Positions 27,927-34,460 of a DNA stretch of 40,000 nt are shown one piece after another. Position numbers and translations under genes: made by a program. A model generated the notes under the pieces. That model was not told where the DNA came from, made no database searches, and was given only the letters and a program-made list of their open reading frames with translations. Origin of the DNA: Prolixibacteraceae bacterium (GTDB taxonomy: Bacteria > Bacteroidota > Bacteroidia > Bacteroidales > Prolixibacteraceae); the NCBI GenBank assembly GCA_963666435.2, contig CAXXOG010000008.1, positions 51,286 to 91,285 of the forward strand, in the 5' to 3' direction. Positions within the stretch are counted from its first letter, which is position 1. Each line of letters opens with the position of its first letter.

Positions 27927-28556
27927 TCATTTCTCAAGTTGTTGTCTGATTAAAGCATAAACTAATCCAAGCGTTAGAACAATAAGAAATATTAGCCAGC
28001 CATAGCCGCTGTATTTATTATTCTTGTTTGCAGTATATGCGTTAGTCGCATTTTTTGTCTTAATATTTCTCCTAACTCTTTGAAGTTCTCCATTGAAAAT
28101 ATAATAATCTGAAATTTCAAACGAGTTATACTTTATTTTTTTACCATTCTTTAATTCTATGATAGTCTTGTCTCCACTATATACATTTATGTTTCGACCA
28201 GCATGTGAGGGATTTATTTTAAAATCTCCTTCTGTTACGCTTTTAATTTCAGTCAATGGTATGGCCTTAGTCAAAAATATTAGAGGCCTTTTTATTAAAA
28301 AACTCTTATCTGTCAGAACAAAAGTTTTGACTGTCAGTAGCATTACCAAACAGGCAGAAGCAAAGAAAACAAATGAGCCAAATGTCACGCACATAATTAT
28401 TAAACCAACTGGCCCATCGGTTCCCTTTTCAATTACCCATATTGTTGGCCGTGTCATATAAGTAAACGCGCCAAAGAAAATAGTCCCGAAGAGTCCGAAT
28501 CCGATAGTTTTCACACTCAAAGAAGTTGTCAAAATATTTGTCTCTGTTGTCTCCAT
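27927..28556 (-). CDS. hypothetical membrane protein (2 N-terminal TM, soluble middle domain, C-terminal TM)
   Basis: ATG 28556 (METTETN...) is the first start outside repeat A4. The track ORF extends to 28628 only by reading through the repeat. Confidence 0.6.
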   Translation of the reverse strand: METTETNILTTSLSVKTIGFGLFGTIFFGAFTYMTRPTIWVIEKGTDGPVGLIIMCVTFGSFVFFASACLVMLLTVKTFVLTDKSFLIKRPLIFLTKAIPLTEIKSVTEGDFKINPSHAGRNINVYSGDKTIIELKNGKKIKYNSFEISDYYIFNGELQRVRRNIKTKNATNAYTANKNNKYSGYGWLIFLIVLTLGLVYALIRQQLEK

Positions 28557-28567
28557 AATATGGTTGC

Positions 28568-28713
28568 TAACGTAGGAAGCTACACGCAGGTGCGGTTTGC
28601 GGGCGATTTGGCTAACGCCGATTTTCAATTCCTGTCAAGCTGATAAACAGCCCGAGCGGAAAGATGCACCCCGAAAACCACCAAACCCGCACTTGACGGG
28701 TAGCTGATGTTAC
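28568..28713 (-). repeat. A-family attC-like site A4 (intact)
   Basis: Same architecture as A3, with a few substitutions. It starts ~12 nt after the stop of the TIR-like ORF. Confidence 0.85.
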
Positions 28714-28725
28714 CTGCATGTGCCT

Positions 28726-29385
28726 TTATTCTGTCATTTGTTTTAGGTCATCCAAATCTTTTCTCATTTGGTCTAAGTTATTCTTATTAATCAGTGGACC
28801 AAACTGGGTTGCAATTATTTCAAGTTCAACTTTTCTCGAACGAGCAATTAGTTCAATTAATTTCTTAAAACGGTCATTTGTTAATTCAAATTCGTCTGTT
28901 GCGCTTCCTAATTTTTTAAGATGATTAGTCACTCTAATTCCTAATCTTTGAATTTCGTTTTGAATTAATGTTGTCGGAGCACCTAATGATGCTAAAAGAT
29001 TACCGTCTGAATGCTCTTGAAAAGAGGCAAATGTTATTCCTGCTAGATCAGTAGGGATTTTGATTTGCTTTGAACGGTCAAAGACAATGAATGTTCTGTC
29101 TCGACCGATGCCGCCAACAAAAAGACCAAGCTCAAACAGTACATTGTCTCGAGGTGATTGTGTCGTTTGCTCTTTTGAGGTTGTCATGTCGTCAGGCGTT
29201 AGAGCAAGTATTGCGAAATCATACTTATCCAAAGCAAGAACTAACGATTCTAATGTCCCTTGGCTGAGACCAAATACTCCTTGACTCCAGATTGTCACTT
29301 CGCAACTGTTGTCAAGTAGCACTTGGATTGATTGAGCAACTTTTAGTCCTTCAGTGGAAGAACCAATAAAAATCTTAGGTCTCAT
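28726..29385 (-). CDS. TIR-like nucleotide-binding domain protein (pfam10137 / Cap12-type N-domain) with helical C-terminal domain
   Basis: MRPKIFIGSSTEGLKVA..I...L.....V..WSQGVF......L......YDFAILALTPDD..........PRDNVLFELGLFVGGIGRDR matches the pattern recalled for the TIR-like family. Confidence 0.7.
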   Translation of the reverse strand: MRPKIFIGSSTEGLKVAQSIQVLLDNSCEVTIWSQGVFGLSQGTLESLVLALDKYDFAILALTPDDMTTSKEQTTQSPRDNVLFELGLFVGGIGRDRTFIVFDRSKQIKIPTDLAGITFASFQEHSDGNLLASLGAPTTLIQNEIQRLGIRVTNHLKKLGSATDEFELTNDRFKKLIELIARSRKVELEIIATQFGPLINKNNLDQMRKDLDDLKQMTE

Positions 29386-29459
29386 TTATTCTGCACTTTT
29401 TGTATTATTTATGTGTCAATTTGTAAAACTCACTGTCTGCTGTCCTCTGGCATTGCAGG

Positions 29460-31695
29460 ACCGGGTAGCTTACGCCCCCTAAGAACCGTACGTGCGACTT
29501 TCACCGCATACGGCTCAGGCACTTTTAAGGCTCACCCGGCGGAGGGCAACCCGGCTGTTGTTACTTTTTTATTGGACATAAACATAGTAATTTGTTTGCA
29601 TTCTTTTGCTAAATTAGCTCTCCATTTTGTTCTGTTACTGAAGTATTCATCAAATTCGGGCAGAAAAGGATTGGCTTCGGCCTTCAGTTTTACATGATAC
29701 CGAATGGGAACATATCCAATACGGTACAGTCGATGATTCTCTGTTCCGTTTTTGGTGATCCGCTGATCAGTAAAATGGTTGTCGTGAAAGTAACGATGGT
29801 ATATCCACCAGCGATTTTTGTTTCCATGCTGGTATTTAGCCCATCGCCTGAGCTGCCACCAGATGAATGTTGCCAAACGGATGAAAATACGTTTTGAGCA
29901 GATGCCTTTGTGGTAGTTCGACCATCCCCTGATTACAGGGTTCAGTATCCGTATCAGAGCATGTGCGGGTATTCCACGGTTTTCGTTGATGATCGTTTTC
30001 ACCTTGTCTCTAAACGATTGGACTGATTCTTTCGATGGACGAATAACCAGTTTGCCTTTAAATTTACGGACATTCTGTGAAAGGAAGTTAAACCCATCGC
30101 TGATATGCGTGATTCTGGATTTTTCGGCAGAGAGTTCTAACCCTCTTTCCATCAGGAAGTCGTTTACCAAAGGGATAATCTCTTCGGTAATGACTTCTTT
30201 GCTGATGGCCGTGATCACAAAATCGTCGGCATAACGGATGAAGTTCACTTTCTTGTTTTTCCATCGGGGAAACTTTTTATTGATGGCCGTTTCCAGTCCG
30301 TCCAAAACCATGTTCATGATTACCGGTGATATGGTTCCTCCCTGTGGCGTACCTTTATCTGTGCGGAACAAACGTTTTTTCTCGATGTAACCGGCTTTTA
30401 ACCATTGATTAAGAATGGTCTTGTTGACGGGAATATTTTCCAATATCCAGTCGTGCCGGATGTTATCGAAACAAGATTTGATGTCCGCCTCGAATATCCA
30501 TTGGGACGAGATTTTTCGGCAGAGCAATTGGAAACAGGCGGCAATGGCATCGTTGCACGAACGACGAGGTCTGAACCCGTAAGAGTTCTTGTCGGCCAAC
30601 GATTCGGCCATTGGTTCGAGGGCTATCTTATGCAATGTTTGCATAGCCCTGTCGCTCATGACCGGAATACTTAACGGACGCTTTTTCCCGTTTTTCTTTG
30701 GGATGTAAAGTCGGCGCAATGGTTTCGATCTGTACCCTCTGGATTGGAGTTTTCGGGCTGCTTCGAGTTTTTCTTCCCCGTTTGTCCAAACGGTGTTGTC
30801 AACCCCGGGAGTTGCGCCTCCTTTGTTGGTTGAGACCCTTAGTACAGCCAGTAATTTAGCGTAGAATGATTTGGTAACAAGGTGCATCAGGGCTTTTGCT
30901 TTCGCCCAACGACCTTGTTTTACAGCCTTGGCAATGCGGCGTTGCAGCCTGGTCACATGTTGGATAACCTTCCGCCATAAAATGGTTTGCCAGTTATTCA
31001 ATTGGTGTGGGAGCGCACACGATAAACTTTCATCCTCGTTCATTTGCTTTCTTCCATTTGCAGGTTCTGTAAAACTTTATGCCATAAAGCACCAGATGAA
31101 GGTAGGCAGGCTTTCGCCCGTGGTGATGTTGTAAACAAACTCAACCACTATCCAACCCGTTACAGGAAGGCATTCGCTTTGTTCATCGTCTCTGTCCGGC
31201 GTTTCCCGATGCCTCGCGGTTACGGTTTTATCCCGAAAATAATGGGAGAGAGCGCCGGGCTTACACGTTCCGAATAAATAATCAATTGTGTGGGTTTAGG
31301 CCCATCCTGTCTGCCGGCTGATCTACATCCTTGTAGGCACTGCGTTAAACGTACCTAACCTGTCAGCTCACCATTTTGGTACAAAGCGTATCATTCTCTT
31401 TTTCGCTCCTACTCGCCTGTCGGCAGTAACGGATTGTTCACTATATGTTAGCCATGCCCACTGATCCAAGCCCTTAATTGACTTTGAGACTTCAAAGACT
31501 GTCTGCCTCACGGTTTCCAGCCCCGCCATTGGCTGCACGAGCCCGGCAATTGGTACTGTTTCCCGGGGGCTTCACCCGGTAATGGCTGCACCATACACCA
31601 GGTGCCCCGGTAGGATACTGCTGAAGGAACAGCAGGTTTTGTCAATCAGTTGTAACTGACTGCAAAACAATTGCTTAATACGACTTCGTGTCGCA
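29460..31695 (-). mobile_element. group II intron, full length, copy 2 (identical to copy 1)
   Basis: Offset of +6052 from copy 1. Identity extends through the adjoining A site (29460-31838 equals 23408-25786). Confidence 0.9.
29532..31043 (-). CDS. group II intron reverse transcriptase/maturase (copy 2)
   Basis: Its 503-aa translation is identical to that of 23480-24991. Confidence 0.95.
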   Translation of the reverse strand: MNEDESLSCALPHQLNNWQTILWRKVIQHVTRLQRRIAKAVKQGRWAKAKALMHLVTKSFYAKLLAVLRVSTNKGGATPGVDNTVWTNGEEKLEAARKLQSRGYRSKPLRRLYIPKKNGKKRPLSIPVMSDRAMQTLHKIALEPMAESLADKNSYGFRPRRSCNDAIAACFQLLCRKISSQWIFEADIKSCFDNIRHDWILENIPVNKTILNQWLKAGYIEKKRLFRTDKGTPQGGTISPVIMNMVLDGLETAINKKFPRWKNKKVNFIRYADDFVITAISKEVITEEIIPLVNDFLMERGLELSAEKSRITHISDGFNFLSQNVRKFKGKLVIRPSKESVQSFRDKVKTIINENRGIPAHALIRILNPVIRGWSNYHKGICSKRIFIRLATFIWWQLRRWAKYQHGNKNRWWIYHRYFHDNHFTDQRITKNGTENHRLYRIGYVPIRYHVKLKAEANPFLPEFDEYFSNRTKWRANLAKECKQITMFMSNKKVTTAGLPSAG

Positions 31696-31842
31696 ATAAC
31701 GTAGGAAGCTACACGCAGGTGCGGATTGCGGGCGATTTGGCTAACGCCGATTTTCAATTCCTGTCAAGCCGAAAAGCCGACCGAGCGGAAAGATGCACAC
31801 CGAAAACCACCGAACCCGCACTTGACGGGTAGCTGAAGTTAT
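31696..31842 (-). repeat. A-family attC-like site A5 (intact)
   Basis: Identical to A3 up to the outer core. It starts ~15 nt after the stop of the 31858-32139 ORF. Confidence 0.85.
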
Positions 31843-31857
31843 AGGGCGTTTTTCGTT

Positions 31858-32139
31858 TCATCTGTTTGATAATGATTTCTCTAAAGTTGTCGATAAAAAT
31901 TCGGCAATTTGTATTTGTTCGACAGACATTAGCTGTCTGTTTGAATTAATTGCTTTCTCCATAGCAAACTTAAATTCATACCAGCCATCTGTTAGTCCGT
32001 TTATAAACTTCTTTGCGTCCATAAAATCTAAAACGATTCTGTCTTTGTTTTCCGCGTTCAAAAGGTCGATTAACTTGTCAAAAATCAACCAATAGTCCGA
32101 CCAACCATTGATTTTAAACTTTTCCATTTGCTTCATCAT
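31858..32139 (-). CDS. hypothetical small protein (second gene of a two-gene cassette)
   Basis: 93-aa ORF that overlaps the stop of the upstream DUF4279-like ORF. Confidence 0.55.
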   Translation of the reverse strand: MMKQMEKFKINGWSDYWLIFDKLIDLLNAENKDRIVLDFMDAKKFINGLTDGWYEFKFAMEKAINSNRQLMSVEQIQIAEFLSTTLEKSLSNR

Positions 32140-32557
32140 TAGCAGAATTGAATCTGTAAATATCTATATCTGTCGTTGTTCCTGTCCGATACAGAAATTC
32201 TATTGTTCTCAAGTCGTGTCCTAACGCTGGTGTCGAATTATCTTCGTTAGTGTCAATGTACAAAACAATTTCTAATACCGAGTTCAATTGAAATTGGCTT
32301 TTTAAATCATTGATAATCTCAATTTTGTCGCACAACTTAGACACAATTTCATCCACTAAATTGTCAATTTGTATGTACTCTTTACCTTTGTCTGTGGATA
32401 ATCTCCACATTGCAAACTCAACGGCAGTTTTATAAAATCCTTTATCTCCTTTTCGCCATGAATCTGTCGGTGTTATACCAAGTCTATTTGTCACCTCGTC
32501 TGTGTCAAAACTGTCTCCTTTAAGAGCAAAATAAACATATGAACTACCTGTCTCCAT
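32114..32557 (-). CDS. DUF4279-like protein (family from memory)
   Basis: 147 aa. The N-terminus YVYFALKGDSFDTDEVTNRLGITPTDSWRKGDKG resembles the DUF4279 pattern. Confidence 0.6.
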   Translation of the reverse strand: METGSSYVYFALKGDSFDTDEVTNRLGITPTDSWRKGDKGFYKTAVEFAMWRLSTDKGKEYIQIDNLVDEIVSKLCDKIEIINDLKSQFQLNSVLEIVLYIDTNEDNSTPALGHDLRTIEFLYRTGTTTDIDIYRFNSANDEANGKV

Positions 32558-32577
32558 TAGCGATTTTTAAATGCCCT

Positions 32578-32631
32578 ATAACTAGTAAATAGCGGCAAGT
32601 TTATAGTACTTTTTCTCTTGCCGTTTGTTAC
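32578..32631 (-). repeat. D-family compact attC-like hairpin (54 bp) upstream of the first cassette
   Basis: ATAAC-TAGTAAATAG-CGGCAAG ...loop... CTTGCCG-TTT-GTTAC. It has the same TAAC/GTTA core and asymmetric bulges. Confidence 0.6.
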
Positions 32632-32923
32632 GATAAAAAACAATTGCGCCGGCAATTTCAGAGATCGAGCCCTTATGTCGCCCCGGAATCCGGGTGCGAA
32701 TTTCGCTGGTTTTACACAGCTATGTGAACAGTGTCATGCCCCACAAAGGCAGGTTCAGGATGCCGCTCGTTGTTTTGCTAAAAATAAGGCGTTATGTTCA
32801 AATATCAAAACTATTGTTCACTTATTTTCAATCTTTATTTGCATTAAATTGCTCAGTGCCAAACTATCCGGAATCCAGCTTAACGATTGCTCCGAAAATG
32901 TCGGTATCGCATTGCACAACCCG

Positions 32924-32954
32924 AAAAAGAAAAAGCCCCGCTTTCGCGGGGCTT
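32924..32954 (-). terminator. rho-independent terminator of the 32959-33999 gene
   Basis: On the minus strand GCCCCGC-GAAA-GCGGGGC is followed by TTTTTCTTTTT. Confidence 0.8.
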
Positions 32955-32958
32955 CACT

Positions 32959-33999
32959 TTAATTCTTCGAAAGCTGAACTTTCAAATCGGTTAGTTCACC
33001 ATCGGCCACCGTAACCGTTGTTACCTGGTCGGCATAACCAATCTTTTGAATGGTCACTGTGTAAACACCAGCCGGTATCGATTTAATGTTAAATCTGCCT
33101 TTGGCGGCCGTCTTTTTAACAATGCTTCCGGTCGGAGTTTTTGCGGCTTTCGCCAGGCTGCTACCGCCTTCAGGCAAAAACGAAAGCACAGCGCCCTTAA
33201 CAGGTTCGCCACTCAGCGCGTCGGTAACCAATCCTTTAACAGCCAGCTTGGCCGAACCAGCTACAATAACCTTCCTGACCTTCTGATACTCGTCGTAAAA
33301 AACGGGTTGAGTAGTTCGAACCATTTCTACCAGTGTGTCAATCTTTTCCCAGTTGGTGGTAAGCGTTTTAAACAAGCCGGTAAGCAAAGTGGTTGCTTCG
33401 CCGCTATCGGTAGTGTTAACCCTGCCTTTGGCAATAGTGGCGTTAAAGCTGGTAATCGCCGTTTGTAAAGCAGCAACCACAACCGATGTAACACCATAAA
33501 CCGACAAAGCCGCAAGGTTCGCATTGGCGCTATCCCTGATAACCTGCGAAATACTGATCAAATTCGAATCCGAACTTCTTTTCAATTTACTTTCGGTGTA
33601 ATCGACCAGTTTAAGTAAACCGGCATTGTTTACATTGGTAGCATAAGCAATCTCTTTGCGGATAACATCAATTGCGAGCGCAATTAAATTGGTCCGTAAC
33701 ATCTTTTTAGTTGCAGTATCGCCGCTTTTATTGGCTTCCTGCTGAACCTTTGCTGTCAGGATCTGGGAATTCGTGGTTTGTACCGTTGCAAAATAAACCG
33801 AAAAGTTGGGAAGAGAAGTAGTAATGGCGCCATTGGCTAACAAAAACGCAACTGTGGCTACCGACATTTTTTCGATACCTTCTTGAAAATTTGTCATAAC
33901 ATTTAAATTTAGGGCGGTTAATAAAATAATTGCAATGTTTTGCATTTCAATGCCATAACATTGTGTAGCTAAAATAAGAAATATACAATAAATATCCAA
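32959..33999 (-). CDS. hypothetical protein with C-terminal carboxypeptidase-regulatory-like (CarboxypepD_reg) domain
   Basis: The C-terminus VKGLVTDALSGEPVKGAVLSF...GRFNIKSIPAGVYTVTIQKIGYADQVTTVTVADGELTDLKVQL is typical of the fold. The start is uncertain (33999, 33945 or 33897). Confidence 0.65.
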   Translation of the reverse strand: MDIYCIFLILATQCYGIEMQNIAIILLTALNLNVMTNFQEGIEKMSVATVAFLLANGAITTSLPNFSVYFATVQTTNSQILTAKVQQEANKSGDTATKKMLRTNLIALAIDVIRKEIAYATNVNNAGLLKLVDYTESKLKRSSDSNLISISQVIRDSANANLAALSVYGVTSVVVAALQTAITSFNATIAKGRVNTTDSGEATTLLTGLFKTLTTNWEKIDTLVEMVRTTQPVFYDEYQKVRKVIVAGSAKLAVKGLVTDALSGEPVKGAVLSFLPEGGSSLAKAAKTPTGSIVKKTAAKGRFNIKSIPAGVYTVTIQKIGYADQVTTVTVADGELTDLKVQLSKN

Positions 34000-34066
34000 A
34001 TGCTTTCAATTGCAGAAAACGAAGCCATCACCTCCAAATTTTACCGGCATTATATCTTTAAGCTTA

Positions 34067-34408
34067 AAGCCCCCTCTAAATCTCCCCCGAGGTGGGAGAC
34101 TTTGGATAGCACAAATTCACAACACTTTAGTTTCAGGAAACATTCTTTTTATCTTCTTAAGCCCCAGCCTTCGGAGGGGGTTGGGGAAAATCGCTTTAAA
34201 AAAATGTGCTGGGATTATTAAAAAAAAAGAATTGCTATTTTTCAAGTACTTACCCCGTCGCATCTGCGGTACGCCCCCCCCTCTCTCGCGAGAGAGGGGA
34301 AATCCCGAGCTTTGCGAGGGAAGGGGTGAGTTCCTGGATATAAAAAAATAAAAGTTGAGCCCCTGTAATGTTAAAAGCGATTTCCCTTCTAAGGGGATTG
34401 GGGAAGCC
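34067..34408. repeat. cluster of at least 4 GC-rich hairpin (REP-like) elements
   Basis: TCTCCC-ccgaggt-GGGAGA, the perfect palindrome CCCTCTCTCG|CGAGAGAGGG, CCCTT-ct-AAGGG and others, each with a TTGGGG/AGGGGTGAG tail. They belong to the same family as 4511-4650. Confidence 0.7.
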
Positions 34409-34460
34409 GTTAAGTTAATCGTTATTGTTTGCAGACACAAGTTTCTTGAATAGTCTCGCT

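Noticed and set aside
27927-28628. N-terminal extension MKIGVSQIARKPHLRVASYV... of the 27927 ORF (the same peptide also starts the 25520 and 31572 ORFs)
   Set aside because: The peptide is encoded by the conserved A repeat itself, so the real start is taken as ATG 28556 outside the repeat.
23480-31043. The reverse transcriptase as part of a retron or a diversity-generating retroelement
   Set aside because: The RT has the YADD motif plus the maturase X domain and is embedded in an RNA with canonical group II domains V and VI. No template/variable repeat pair or msr/msd-like structure is seen.
23298-31757. Track ORFs 23298-23645, 29413-29697, 25520-25705, 31572-31757 and the plus-strand ORFs inside the RT genes
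   Set aside because: They are read-through of the intron ribozyme and A-site sequences, or antisense to the RT ORF. They are duplicated only because the intron is duplicated.
15264-31842. Regularly spaced repeats could suggest a CRISPR array
   Set aside because: The repeats are 100-270 bp, belong to several families and are internally structured. The spacers are 0.3-1.2-kb protein-coding cassettes. No cas genes are present.
32618-33014. Plus-strand ORFs 32618-32962 and 32694-33014 as a possible integrase remnant
   Set aside because: The translations show no tyrosine-recombinase motifs (no R..H..R..Y pattern). They overlap a terminator and the end of the minus-strand CarboxypepD_reg gene.
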